This document shows positions 27,051 to 40,449 of a stretch of DNA of 64,000 nt, in pieces. Position numbers and translations under genes: made by a program. The notes under the pieces were generated by a model. The model did not search any database and was not told where the DNA came from. It saw nothing but the letters and a program-made list of their open reading frames with translations. The number at the start of each line of letters is the position of its first letter. Positions within the stretch are counted from its first letter, which is position 1. The stretch is from Hemiscyllium ocellatum (lineage: Eukaryota): assembly GCF_020745735.1 (NCBI RefSeq), contig NC_083407.1, positions 60,937,857 through 61,001,856 on the forward strand, written 5' to 3'.

Positions 27051-27338
27051 AAAGAAGTGAATTCATAAGGGAATGACATTACTGAGGATGTGGGATGAAG
27101 TATTTTACCTGGATTTGCAGTTAGGAGGGCTAGGTTTCAGCTGGCAGGAGCCTCAGCACTCTTACAGAATCTGTTCAGCCTGATATCTTTGCAGAGCTGA
27201 GAAACTGGGGAGGCATTGTTTCTGAATTCCAGTACACACAAGAAAACATGCAATGAATTTAAACAAAATCTTCATCAGTTGTATATCCATACTGAATTAA
27301 TTTAAAGGCTTACATCAATACATATAATTTCATTGCAG

Positions 27339-27453
27339 GAGGACGTGATAAAAGAGGTGGTCCAATCTTAACGTTCCCAGCTCGGAGTAATCATGATAGA
27401 ATAAAACAAGAGGATCTCCGGCAACTTGTCACATACTTAGCAAGTGTGCCCAG
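27339..27453 (+). CDS. kalrn: Kalirin exon (Sec14/CRAL-TRIO domain), 115 nt, phase 1 to 2
   Basis: ttcattgcag|GA GGA CGT...GTG CCC AG|gtaaag. Translates GGRDKRGGPILTFPARSNHDRIKQEDLRQLVTYLASVP(S). Confidence 0.96.
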
Positions 27454-27599
27454 GTAAAGAACCAACTTTGTGTTTAAAACATTTTAGGGACAAACTTATT
27501 ATGAGAATTTTGTTCTTAGAAGTACAAAATTTTTTGTGTTAAATATTATTTAAATATAGGTAAAATTCAATATGTATTTTTCATACTTAACTGGAACTA

Positions 27600-28495
27600 G
27601 CAACATAGATAAAAGCTCATGGTTTTGAGGTAGTATTAGCGTGAATAGAAAATTGGCTAACTAACAGAAATAGATAAATGGATCACTTTCGAGTTAGCAA
27701 ACAATACATAGTTAGCCACTGCACAGATCAGTGTTGGGGTCTCAACTATATTAACTTTGATGAAGGGAGCCACATATATTCTGGCCAGATTTGCTGGTAG
27801 TAGAAAGGTAGACAAGAAAGCAGGTTTTGAGAAGGAGGATTCAAAGAGTCTGCAATGAGAACATTAAAAAAGTGGAAAAAATTTGTAAAATTCAATGTGG
27901 GGTTATTTTGTAAGAATCATACAAAAGCAGCATATTTATTTAAATGGAGGGCGACTGCAGAATACTGATTGAAGGGATTTGGATACCCTTGCATATGAAG
28001 CACAAGACATTAGCATACAGACACAACAAGCAATTAAGAAAGCAAATGGACTGCTGGTCTTTATTGCAACAATGACAGAGTACAAAAATCAGTAACCTTT
28101 GATACAACTGTCCAGGGTGCTAGTGAGACTGCATCTAGATAGAACTTGCTTATTAAAGGAGTCAGTTCAGAGAAAGTACACTTGTTTGATTTCTGGTACC
28201 AATGGGTTTTTCCTGTGAGCAAAGTTTGGTTCTTTCCTCATTCAAGTTTATCAGTAAAGGAGTGATTGTAATGAAAGTTGTAAGATTCTGAGGGCTTTTA
28301 TAGCACACATGCTAAGAGAATGTTTTCCCGACAGTACGATTTTTTTAGATCAGTTGTGAAATCAAGGGCGATGAGGGGGCCGGGCCGGAAAGTGGAATTT
28401 GGCTAAAATCAAATCAGCCATGATCTTTTTGGATGGAAGAATAGGTTTGAAGGGAGAGGTAGCTAACTTTTATTCATTTTTCCCATGTTGTTATG
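27600..28495 (+). mobile_element. Degenerate CR1 3' region
   Basis: Collinear with 31960-33100. Confidence 0.7.
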
Positions 28496-29207
28496 AGCCG
28501 ATGTTATCCATGTGATGTTATCCATGGTTTCATAGCCTGCTGATGTTCACTGCTTGGTTTTACTAATTAATAAGGTCACTTGAACAACGTATCAGAGACC
28601 ATGCTTTATAACAAACTCAAGAAAAATGCTTAAATTAAGGACAAGTACAAGAAAAAATGAGAAAGTGTGGCAGAGAGTGGCAAAAAATTGTGACATAAAA
28701 CCGGGGAAAATCTTATCTGGTTGTATTTTTTTGTTCAGGACTTCAAGTACTGCAGGCAATATTATTGATTAAAGATGATGCCTAATTCATCATCCTGACA
28801 GAAGTAACTTGATCCTTACCATTCAAACTGGTAGTCATTAATTAAACATCTCCCATCAATTACAGTTGTACTCTACAACAGTTCATTTCTCTGTGACCTG
28901 CTATGTGAAGGTATGAGATAAAACTAAGCCTGTAGTGTCTAGCAGTAGAACAGCAGGATTTATACTGATCAATCATCATTTGTGTTGTTCTGGAAACACT
29001 GAAGGTAACATTTACTTCTTTTGAAGTTTGACATGTAGATTACAGATCATTAAGTCAATGATTTGCAGGTGATGTCAGAAATACTGGTACCTGACTATGA
29101 TATGATATACTGTGTAATAGTGTCACACAATATCATGTTATAACTGGAGTGAAACTATCCCCATTGGTGGAGAGGTCGTGAATCAAAGGAATCAATGCTT
29201 TTTTATT

Positions 29208-29529
29208 CATAGAATTCCTGCAGTGGGGAAACAGGCTATTTGGCCCACACTGACCCTCCGAAGAGTATCCTACACAGACCCATTCACCTACCCTATTGCT
29301 GTACATTTCCCCTGACTAACGCACCTAACCTACATATCCGTGAACAATGTGAACAATTCAGCATGGCCAATTCACCTAATCTTTACAGCTTTGGACTGTG
29401 GGAGGAAACTGGAGCATCCGGAGGAAACCCATGCAGGCACGTGGAGAATGTGCAAACTCCACACAGCCTGTCACCTGGATCCTAGCACTGTGAGGCAGCA
29501 GTGCTAACCACTGAGCCACTGTGCCACCC
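29208..29529 (-). mobile_element. HE1-type SINE, internally deleted, inside a CR1 3' end
   Basis: Homology to the other copies. Confidence 0.8.
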
Positions 29530-31856
29530 AGCTGACATGAAGAAAATCCTTTTACATGCTAAGCAGTTAGGATGTGGCATACACTGCTTGAGAGTGTGGC
29601 AGAGATTAATTCATTTATGGTTTTATAAGGGAATTCGATGGTGAACTGAAGAGAAACAAATTTGAAGAAAATGGCAGAGGGATATCCCAGATTGAATTGA
29701 TCACGCTTACACAGACACACAGGGCTGAATAGCCTCCTTCTGTACTGTGACTGGTCTATAATTGTATAATTGTTGAATGTCATTTCAGTCCAGTTTTATT
29801 TAGAATTAACTTATTGCAATCACACATTTGCAGAACAAGAACAGATTTTCATTGTTACAGTATACACCATTATGCATTTTAATTTCTCATTTATTGAAGA
29901 AGTCAGACTTTCTTCATGTTGATGATTAAAAGAATAGCTGTCAGTAGAAAGTTGCAATATGTGTTTCTGTTCAGTATTGTTGTTGCGGAGCAGTTGGAGA
30001 CTCTGGTCACTGACAAACAGCTACTGTGTACGTGAGTTTTATAATATAGTTTACTGGAAGAATGGGGACTTTATTTAAAGGACGTCTATGGCTCTAGTGA
30101 CTCTTTGATTCAAACAGCATAAACCTGAAACTTGCAAGCATAAAATCACAAGGAGGAATATCCTTTATTTCAGATTTCCAGTATCTGCAATATTTTGCTG
30201 TTATTTGAGTCTTTAATCTGTTTTCAGCAGCCATGGTATCCTGAACAAGCTTTTTGAAATATTGCCAATTGTACATTCCACACAACTGTATCGAGTTCTT
30301 TCTCATTTATAGGACATTTATCCAAGAAAATATTCAGATCTGATTTTCATTGTATGTTGGATTGTAATTGGAAGCAGGGATGCTCTCTCATAATAATAAT
30401 AAGAACAATACATTTCAACAGCACGATAACCAAAGGCATTCAGCCATAGTCATGGGGAAAGGGCTACCTGCTGAGCTTCATTCTTTGAGTGGTGGTATTT
30501 TCTCTGAATGAGATGTTAATTTCAAAAAAGTATGATTTCTACCATTTATTTGTGTTAGTACTTTGAATCAAGAAATGCATTTTCACCTTTATGTAGCTTG
30601 ATGCTGTTGCATATGCATAACACATAGCATATTAATAGTTGTAACAAAATCATCATTATGCCAATGAATATTGAAGTCAGAATATATTAGGCACATTATT
30701 TTAAAAAGTTCCCATTACTGATGATAGAAATGCACCACTGTTGAAAATAAAGTTCTAAATTATGCTTAATTTTCCTTGAAAGCAGCTTTGAAAATGTTCA
30801 ATAATGGAGGGAGAAATCTGTTCTGAAGGTTGCTGACTGATCTTTCAACTTTGGTTGGGGTAGAACCTGCCAGTCTCAGAATGAACGCTAGTTATACACA
30901 CCCACTGTTCTTTGCATTGATGTCAAAGCATTTTTACCTAATATAAGGTACAAAGTATCACACTGGAGATTACATCACTCACAAAATGGGAAGAATGATT
31001 TGCACACCAATCCAAGTGATCTTTTGCAGTGTGACTATTTATAATCTGAGATTCAGACTCCACCTTAAATTATGGGAATAAGGACATTTGATTGCCTGAG
31101 AACAAGTTCTGTTGAGGCTTCTCCAGGGCATATAGGGTGGAAATCCCAGGTAACAAGTTCAGATGCAATCCCTTATAGGTTGGAAATGTTTTTAAGCATA
31201 TTTTTAGGGCTCCAGTTTGGTTTTTGGGGGCACTTGTTTTGGTCTCGCTATCTCATTTATCAGGTGATGCAGTCATGTTTTAGCAATACCTTGTGTGTTT
31301 GTGTTGACATATTGAGTATTTGAATTCACACTTAAGTAGAATTCAAAGAATTGATTGATATCCTCAATAATTATAAACCTTGTTTTAAACGTAATGCCAC
31401 AACACACAAGGGAAACATTATTTAAACAGTATTTGAATTGTCAGAAGACAATAGGCATAAGTTAACAAAAAAAGTATTTTTTTCAGAATAACTAAAAAAA
31501 CTTCTACACACAAAAAGCCATTACCCAAAACATACCTTCCACATCTTTGGGTTGTGGTGAGGATGGCGGGGAGGAGAAGGTCAATAGATACATGCTATAC
31601 AATTTGCATCTCGGGAAACAGAAAAGATTATGGGATAAGGGTGAAGTGGGAAGGAAGGAAGATTATATACAAACACTCATCTTCAGTGGTTTCAGCCTTG
31701 CTCATTTCACGGCTTCAGTCTTGGTCACAACAATGTAGTTTGCTTTTCAACTCTTCCTCATTTACAGTTTTAATGGAGAAGCGGGGAAGGATGGAAAAAG
31801 CAAGAGTGAGGCAGAATTTGTGATACTTATCTGTAAAGCACTACTGCATCTCCTAC

Positions 31857-33108
31857 AAATTCTTTGAAGAGGTGACAAGTAGGTTAGACCAGGGAAACCC
31901 AGTGGATGTGGTCTATCTAGACTTCCAAAAGGCCTTTGATAATGTGCCACTCGGGAAGCTGCTGAGCAAGGTGAGGGCCCATGGTATTTGAGGTGAGCTA
32001 CTGGTATGGATTGAGGATTGGCTGTCTGACAGAAGGCAGAGAGTTGGGATTAAAGGTTCTTTTTCGGAATGGCAGCCGGTGACAAGCGGTGTCCTACAGG
32101 GTTCAGTGTTGGGGCCGCAGCTGTTCACATTATATATTAATGATCTGGATGAAGGGACTAGGGGCATTCTAGCGAAGTTTGCAGATGATACGAAGTTAGG
32201 TGGACAGGCAGGTAGTACTGAGGAAGTGGGGAGGCTGCAGAAGGATCTAGACAGTTTGGGAGAGTGGTCCAGGAAATGGCTGATGGAATTCAACGTGAGC
32301 AAATACAAGGTCTTGCACTTTGGAAAAAAGAATAAAAGCATAGACTACTTTCTAAACGGTGAGAAAATTCATAAAGCCAAAGTACAAAGGGATCTGGGAG
32401 TGCTAGTCGAGGATTCTCTAAAGGTAAACATGCAGGTTGAGTCCGTGATTAAGAAAGCGAATGCAATGTTATCATTTATCTCAAGAGGGTTGGAATATAA
32501 AAGCACCGTTGTGCTACTGAGACTTTATAAAGCTCTGGTTAGGCCCCATTTGGAGTACTGTGTCCAGTTTTGGTCCCCACACCTCAGGAAGGACATACTG
32601 GCACTGGAACGTGTCCAGCGGAGATTCACACGGGTGATCCCTGGAATGGTAGGTCTAACATACGAGGAATGGCTGAGGATCCTGGGATTGTATTCATTGG
32701 AGTTTAGAAGATTAAGGGGAGATCTAATAGAAATGTACAAGATAATACATGGCTTGGAAAGGGTGGACGCTATGAAATTGTTTCCGTTAGGCGAGGGGAC
32801 TAGGACCCGTGGACACAGCCTTAGAATTAGAAGAGGTAAATTCAGAACAGAAATGCGGATTCATTTCTTCAGCCAGAGAGTGGTGGGCCTGTGGAATTCA
32901 TTGCCGCAGAGTGCAGTGGAGACCGGGACACTGAATGTCTTCAAGGCAGAGATTGATAAATTCTTGATGTCACAAGGAATTAAGGGCTACGGGGAGAATG
33001 CGGGTAAGTGGAGTTGAAATGCCCATCAGCCATGATTGAATGGCGGAGTGACTTGATGGGCTGAATGGCCTTATTTCCACTCCTATGTCTTATGGTCTTA
33101 TGGTCTTA
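31857..33108 (+). mobile_element. Young 5'-truncated CR1 LINE (RT domain to 3' end)
   Basis: 312-aa open ORF 32079..33017 (QGSVLGPQLF, KFADDTK, LVRPHLEYC); upstream DFQKAFD in frame across one TGA; (cttatggt)n tail. Confidence 0.95.
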
Positions 33109-35994
33109 AATAGTAGAGGCTATTATAGGGAACCTATACATGTAGGGTCAGACAGTTCAGGAGCAATGTTTGGAAGCATTTTCACACACAAACGTTGGTA
33201 GATGTTTAGAAATCTCTTCCAGAAACAACATTGCTAGGTTAGTTGTTAAATTTAAATCTGAGGTAGACACATTTTTATCAAGCATAGGTTTTAATGGATT
33301 TGGACCAAAGGCAGATAAGGAAGTCCACAGATCAGCCATGATCTCGCTGAATGGTAAAACAAGCTTGATGGGCTGAATGGCCCACTCATGTCCCTATGTT
33401 ACTATCCCTTACCTCACCCAAAAATAAAATCATTATCTGGATTTATGCTTTAATACACCTATTATTAATGACAAGAAGCTTGTCATGATGCTATACTTCC
33501 CAGTATATATGTATTTGCCCTTTGATTCAGTGCATAGCCTCAAGCAAGCTTTTCAGGAAATGATTTGCTGCTGTTGTACTCAGGGTTCATGGCACTGTGG
33601 TGACGCTCCTTTCATGGCTGCTCACTCTTTGAACTGAGTGATTACTGGCTGCACATCTGGAGTTTGTGCCTGGCAGGCAGCTGGGTATCAGCTCCTTAAT
33701 GCACCTCTGTGAAGTTAGGAATGGTAAGGCTATTGCCTGGCAAGTGCTGCTTTCTAGTGAAAGGCAGCCATCTGCAAGTAACCCCTAGCTGTCACTGTTT
33801 CACAGGACCTTGGATCTGCGTGTGCCTCTAATAGCTGCTGCTAAGATCTTCAAAAACTTTGAAATTTCAGCCTCCAGGACTAAAGGCTTGAATGGAAGTT
33901 GATACTTTTGTGACGGAGAGGACTGAGCCATTACATGCTGTTCTAAAGACACCAACAAAAATAGCTTCTCTGATTCAACATTGAGTCACTCATTTAACTT
34001 CCCTTTTCATTTTTTTATCCTTAGTGTCACTGTCTTGTATCTTTTAGAACAACTTCTCCAGGTTGTCACTCAACAGCCCACCTTTTCAACCTTTCCTGAT
34101 ATAACATTCATTTCCTCTAAAACCCCATAATTGTCTTGGAAACTAGAAGTGAAATGGATGCCCCTTAGTTCCAAAAGACTATTTTTTGAAACAGAGTATA
34201 GTACAGATGAATGTGGTCATGGGTTTAGAAGATGCTGACTAAATATATTTGGTGAAATTCTACAGTGCTACTGAGCAGTGGTGGTGTGGAATGAATGTTT
34301 GTGGATGTGGTTTCATTCAAGCAGGCTAACTTGTGCTGGATGATATCAGGATTCTTGAATGTTGAGCAGGTGTTTGCTTGATTGCACTGTCGATGATACA
34401 TTTTATCACTTTGCTGATGATTGAGAGTTGACAGATGGAGCGGCAATTGGCCAAGTTGGATTTGTCCTGCTTTGTGTGTAGAGGAAATACCTGAGTGATT
34501 TTCCACATTAGCAGGTAGATGCCAATGTTAGAGTTATACTGGAACAGCTAAGCTTGGGATATGGCAAGTTCAATGGCACCTCTCTAGCTGGTAATACCTG
34601 GCTGTTCTCTCTGAAACGAAGCCCGCATTTAGGAAGAAGAAATGATTCCACAATTTTATACTGTTTGTTCTAAATTCCATCAGAACTGAGGGAGGGTATG
34701 AGATATGTCTAAGGATGGATTTGGGTCAGGGTGACATCACCTTTCCTGAATCCATCTAACATGCACCACTATCGAAGATGACAAATCAAAACAGCCACTG
34801 AGGAACTTATAGCAAGAGTATTGAGAGTAAATTAATGTTTTCTTATGCCATTATGTTTTGTTTTGGATTAAAGACTTTTTTTGTGTGGAAAATTTCCATA
34901 AAATATCTGAGAAGTTTGCAGTCTTGTTTCCCCAGGGAGAATTCCTCTGCTAATCATGTTGGATGATGAATGAGAGAGGGCACCAGTTAAGAAGCTCAGA
35001 AACTAGGCTTATATCTAAGCATCACAAGGCATCCTAAACCTCCTGTTCCTCTGATTACAAGAGAGTAGAAACACAAAAAATCCAAAATCTTCCTTGAGCT
35101 TTTGTGTAAGGAGGTAATAGTTTACCACAGAAACCCTGGAAGAATATTGCATTATCTTACAGAGAGCATTTCAGAGTTTGTGAAGAAACAGGAGGTGGTC
35201 ATTACTGCACAGAGTTTGTCTGACGCTAGCTAATTCCAAGAGAAATGTGTGAGCTCTGGCAGGTCAGTCAGTTTGCTTCAATAAAGACACATCATTAATG
35301 ACTTGTTTGCTTGAGAAACTAGGTTCATTACACTTGACACTAAAAAAGACAATTGAACAAACAGGCCATTAATTTTGGTCAAATAACAGTATCTGGAAGA
35401 CTGCTTAGAGTTGCATTCAAGTGCCTATCAGTCACAACTGTAAAGTAAATGATTTTGTCAAGTGAAAAGGTCTTCACTCTGTTAACATCCAATTAGTGTG
35501 TAATTGCATCTTAATACCCACAATGTAGGGAACTGCCATGATTCATTTGTCCTTTAGCAATCTTGTGTCTTTATTGTGTTTCAGAATCAAGGAGTAAAGT
35601 AGTTTGTTTTGGAAACAAGGCATATCCACGTCTCTTCTAGTTTCTAAAACTACTGCAGAGAACCACCACTGAAACTTAACGATGCAAGATTCTTAACATT
35701 GAGCACAGCTCTAGTATGTTGAAAGGAATGCCCAGATATCTAAATAGGTCTGGAGGCTCTTTCAGTATGCTCCCAGTATTGTCTTGCATGTTATGGTGCC
35801 ATGCCCTCTGTAATTCCAATCCTCAGAAAGTCATGTATGTTGACAATATGTAAGAGAGGTTCAAGTCAGAACCTGAGCCAAGATATCAGTTGTGCACACA
35901 ATAAAGCAGGTGTCAATTGCTGGGAGAAAGTTGCAAGAAAACCCCTTAGTTGGCTAATGAAAAGAAATGCATGAGCTTCATACATTTGATATCA

Positions 35995-36840
35995 TCGTAT
36001 CATCCGTCGTCATTCCCGCCACCTCCAAATGGACCCCACCACCAGGGATATATTTCCCTCCCTCTCCTATCAACGTTCCGAAAAGACGACTCCCTCGTCA
36101 GGTCCACACCCCCACCAACCCAACCTCCACTCCCGGCACCTTCCCCTGCAACCGCAAGAAATGCAAAACTTACGCCCACACCTCCCCCCTTACTACCCTC
36201 CAAGGCCCCAAGGGATCCTTCCATATCCACCACAAATTCACCTGCACCTCCACACACATCATTTACTGCATCCGCTGCACCCGATGTGACCTCCTCTATA
36301 TTGGGGAGACAGGCCGCCTACTTGCGGAACGTTTCAGAGAACACCTCTGGGACTCCGGACCAACCAACCCAACCACCCCGTGACTCAACACTTCAATTCC
36401 CCCTCCCACTCCACCAAGGACATGCAGGTCCTTGGGACTCCTCCATCGCCAGACCATAGCAACACGACGGCTGGAGGAAGAGCGCCTAATCTTCTGCCTA
36501 GGAACCCTCCAACCACAAGGGATGAACTCAGATTTCCCCTCCCCCCGCCTTGTCTCAATCAAATCCCTCGAACTCAGCACTGCCTTCCTAACCTGCAATC
36601 TTCTTCCTGACCTCTCCGCCCCCACCCCCACTCCGGCCTATCACCCCCACCTTGACCTCCTTCCATCTATCACATTTCCAATGTCTCTCCCCCATGTCCC
36701 TCCTCCCTACCCTTTATCTCAACCTGTTGGACACACTTTCCTCATTCCTGAAGAAGGGCTCATGCCAGAAAAGTCGATTCTCCTGCTCCTTGGATGCTGC
36801 CTGACCTGCTGCGCTTTTCGAGCAACACATTTTCAGCTCC
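35995..36840 (+). mobile_element. PLE (Neptune-like), 5'-truncated: Cys-rich linker, GIY-YIG endonuclease, 3' hammerhead motif
   Basis: ORF 35967..36383 PGTFPCNRKKCKT...FTCTSTHIIYCIRCTRCDLLYIGETGRLLAERFREHL, then frameshifted HFNSPSHS and IFCLGTLQPQGMNSDF. Probable 19-bp TSD with 3 mismatches (35976-35994 / 36841-36859). Confidence 0.9.
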
Positions 36841-36989
36841 CTTCGTACATTTGGTCTCAGTCAGGAAGTGGGGCACGAGAGAGAGTGTTCATGATGCCAT
36901 TTGGTTTGGAGATTAGTTTTGTTCTTCAGGATGATGCTGGAATAGTGAATGGTTTCAGAATAGAGAGTAATGTCCAGAAACACTTGTTG

Positions 36990-37115
36990 AGAAGGTGGGT
37001 ACTGCAGATGCTGGAGATTAGAGTCAAGATTAGATACCTGCTCCTCGGATGCTGTTAGACAGTATTCGAGGAGCAGGAATATTGACATTTTTGGCAAAAG
37101 CCCTTCATCAGGAAC
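36990..37115 (-). mobile_element. Rearranged PLE family A 3' fragment with degenerate hammerhead
   Basis: ctgcagatgctggaga...gaggagcagg...gcccttcatcaggaa, with a small internal inversion. Confidence 0.7.
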
Positions 37116-37740
37116 ACTTGTTATGGTCCAGTCATGAGAAGTGAGGTTGAGATGGTAGTGTTTCTGGGTCAGCAAGTGTAACGAGCTGTTGGCTATAAAG
37201 TGTAGAGAAACAAATAATATGATGCATGGGGAGAAATTTGAGTGAAGGTGAGAAGGTGGTAAACAATCAGGATATTTAAGTGAAATAAGATGTGCTCCTT
37301 GAAGGAGGAGAAGGTGCCAGAGGAATTTGGAGAGACACAAAAATGGGAATTGGTAATAAGAATGTGACCACTATCAAGGTAACTTTAAACTTAGGAGCTA
37401 TGAAATAGGGTTTCTCAAATTAGTAAGAGGAAAAATAGATAGGTGCCAGAAAGTGTCTTCTCTCACAAAGAGTGTAAAACCTTGAATTTCACCTGCAAAT
37501 AAGACATTGAAGCAAAAATGCAGGAAAAGTTCAAGACTCAATTGAGTGTTTGAAAAAAAAATGGATGTTAGGATTATTGTGAAAGGGGTGAACCAACATA
37601 TGCCAAATGGTTTTCATCATCCTTAATTATTTTCTAATCTGATCATTGGACTTGCAGTACTTGAGCCCCATATATTCTGAATATGCCACCTCATTTGGAT
37701 CAATGTAATGACAGACTTATCATTCTATTTATCTTCTATT

Positions 37741-37950
37741 GAGGGTTGGTTAGCTCAGTTAGTTGAATGGTTGGTTTGTGATGCAGAGTAAAGTTAACAG
37801 CATGGATTCAACTTCCACATTGGCTGAGGTTACCAAAAGGTTCCAGTTACTCAACCTCTCCCTTCATCTGAGGCGTGGTGACCCTCAAATTAAGCCATCA
37901 CCAGTCATCTTGCTCAAATGAGACAGCAGCCTATGGTCTTGTGACTTTAT
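37741..37950 (+). mobile_element. Old tRNA-derived SINE
   Basis: tagctcagttag (A box-like) and ggattcaacttcc (B box-like). Confidence 0.5.
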
Positions 37951-38167
37951 TTTTACTTTTATACATTATGTATTTAAATATTCATATGCATATGCACACA
38001 TCTATGTAGATATAAAACATATACTTTTGATAGCATTATGTTATATCATATGCAATAAAATACAATACTTCCATTTAGAAGGAATCATTGGACTGAATAG
38101 ACTCTCTTTGCTGAATAATGTCATATACATGGATCATTCCAGTAAAATCCTCTTTACATTTTAACAG

Positions 38168-38360
38168 TGAAGATGTGAGTAAAAGAGGATTTACTGTTAT
38201 CATCGATATGAGAGGTTCCAAGTGGGATTTGATCAAGCCTCTACTTAAAACTCTCCAGGAATCTTTCCCTGCTGATATCCATGTTGCACTGATTATCAAA
38301 CCAGATAACTTCTGGCAGAAGCAAAAAACCAACTTTGGGAGTTCAAAATTTATATTTGAG
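38168..38360 (+). CDS. kalrn: Kalirin exon (Sec14 domain), 193 nt, phase 2 to 0
   Basis: ttttaacag|T GAA GAT...TTT GAG|gtaagc. EDVSKRGFTVIIDMRGSKWDLIKPLLKTLQESFPADIHVALIIKPDNFWQKQKTNFGSSKFIFE, inside ORF 38118..38399. Confidence 0.97.
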
Positions 38361-38640
38361 GTAAGCATTATACTTAAAATTATATGCTCCAACAAATGAA
38401 GGATAAATTGTTGATTATTGATGTTTTTATTAACTGTTTATTTTTGCAATAAATATGACAATGCAAAAAATATTGTTTTTAAAGCAAGGGAGGAATTAAA
38501 TAACAGAGGCCAGGGGCAGGCAAGTAAAGACTTCAAAATAGAAGGTAGAGATAAAGGTAGAGACAGGCACCTATTGCACTGTTTAAAATAATAACTCTTC
38601 CCTCAAGTCTGAGAATCTTGAACACTGAGACACATTGAGT

Positions 38641-38836
38641 AAAAAGTGAGGTCTGCAGATGCTGGAGATCAGAGCTGAAAATGTGTTGCTGGTTAAAGCA
38701 CAGCAGGTCAGGCAGCATCCAAGGAACAGGAAATTCGACGTTTCGGGCCAGAGCCCTTCATCAGGAATGAGGAGAGGGTGCCAGGCAGGCTAAGATAAAA
38801 GGTAGGGAGGAGGGACTTGGGGGAGGGGCGTTGGAG
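38641..38836 (-). mobile_element. PLE family A 3' end (non-coding) containing an intact hammerhead
   Basis: Matches the 3' ends of the coding PLEs at 1214 and 36840. Confidence 0.85.
38733..38768 (-). ncRNA. Minimal type I hammerhead ribozyme motif, intact
   Basis: - strand reads AUUC CUGAUGA A GGGC UCUG GCCC GAAA CG UC^GAAU. Stem I AUUC/GAAU, stem II GGGC/GCCC, palindromic ACGU stem III, GUC cleavage triplet. Activity not shown. Confidence 0.8.
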
Positions 38837-40254
38837 TCAGTTTCATTGAGATTGTCTAAGAAGCTTCCCTTATTGTCCTTCCAAATGAAAACAGCAGATT
38901 GAAAAAAATGACCCGAACTTAATTCCTGTTTGTTCCGAGCAACAAGTGATCTGGTGAAATAAATGCAGACTAAACAATGAAATAGGTCAGGTTTCATTTT
39001 CAGAGCTGCAGGAGATGTTTCTTCACGTCACCACTTACCTGCATGCAATATGGCGGAGTTAGAGCTAAAGCTGTGACTGCTGCTTTAATTTAGGGAAATG
39101 CAGTGGATGATATACACATCAAGTGATCACTATTAATTATATAACCATTGTTTTTAATTTATAACCAGGGTTTCACTTGAGCCCACAAGAAAAGTCACAG
39201 GTTAAAATTGAGACCACTTGTTCATACATTTATGCTTATACAATTTTGTAAAATATAAAATCCCTAAAGTTTGGCTCTAGGCCTATCCTTCACCACCTTG
39301 CTTTCTAGAACAGAACGGTGTAGCAGAGAACAGCTGCCAAAAGGGATGTTTGGTTAAGAATAAGTATTTAGACAAAAAAGCCACAATTTCTTGTATGAAT
39401 TGTGGAAATAGAAGGAAGTAGAAGTTAGAATAGGGACACCATTTGGTATACTCAGAGTCTGAACTGTATGAAAAGTAGAACAAATGAATGGCTTTGTGGA
39501 CATGGGTTATGCTCCTACCATAAAGGAAATAAGGTATAATTTTGGTGTTGACATTTCTTACAAGAAGTGAAATCAGAAGTTTAGCATTTTGTAAGCTGGA
39601 TTTGCATCACTTGAACTGAAATGAAAGTTTGCAAATTCTATTGGTGTCCTTCTGTGAAATTTACAAGAAAGATGATCTGTTAAATAGATCTGAGACATGA
39701 TCAGAAAGTGATAGATTGGAAAAGACTATGTATTACATCAAAGATATTACTGGATTGTACAGATGATTGCTGAAATTCAATTTCAAATTACTGGATTGTG
39801 CCTGTTTGGATAAACATGTTTCTAACTGGAAAATGGTTCTTGGAAAGGGACTTCTGTTGACTCTGGTATATTGTGCCTTGAAAGAATTTCTGGAGAAATT
39901 ATTTCTATCAGCCTGACTGGAACAAATAGAACTTAAAACAAAAACCATCGTGAGAGAAAAAGTATTACGAACGTTAGTGGAATTTAAGGATGACAAGTCC
40001 CCTGGATCTAATCACCTGCATCCAAGCACCTTAAAAGAAGCAATGCAAAGATAATGGATGCATTGGTTGTATTTTTCCAGTACTCCCTTGTTTCCAGAAA
40101 ATTGGAAAATTATAAATGTACCACCCTGTTTAAAAAAAGTGTGGAAACAGAAAGTAGGACACTATAGTTCAGTTAACCAAGCATCTGAAAAAAATGCTCA
40201 AATCCATTATTAAAAATATATTAGCTGGACATTTAGAATACCATAATACAATGA

Positions 40255-40449
40255 TAAAAATTACACAACACCAAGTTATAGTCCAACAGGTTTAATTGGA
40301 AGCATTAGCTTTCGGTTGCACTCCACAACCACCTGATGAAGGAGCAGCGCTCGGAAAGCTAGTGTTTCCAATTAAACCTGTTGGACTATAACCTGGTGTT
40401 GTGTAATTTTTAACTTTGTACACTCAATCCAACACCGGCATCTCCACAT
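40255..40449. mobile_element. Fold-back element family B
   Basis: Inverted arms. Perfect 13-bp TSD cataatacaatga at 40242-40254 / 40450-40462. Confidence 0.85.
40330..40364 (+). ncRNA. Minimal hammerhead motif (family B), C11.1 to G substitution
   Basis: CAC CUGAUGA A GGAGC AGC GCUCG GAAA GC UA^GUG. Stem I CAC/GUG is perfect; base pair of stem II is broken. Confidence 0.65.

Noticed and set aside
28499-28527. 14-bp tandem duplication gatgttatccatg(t)
   Set aside because: Ordinary slippage-scale duplication.
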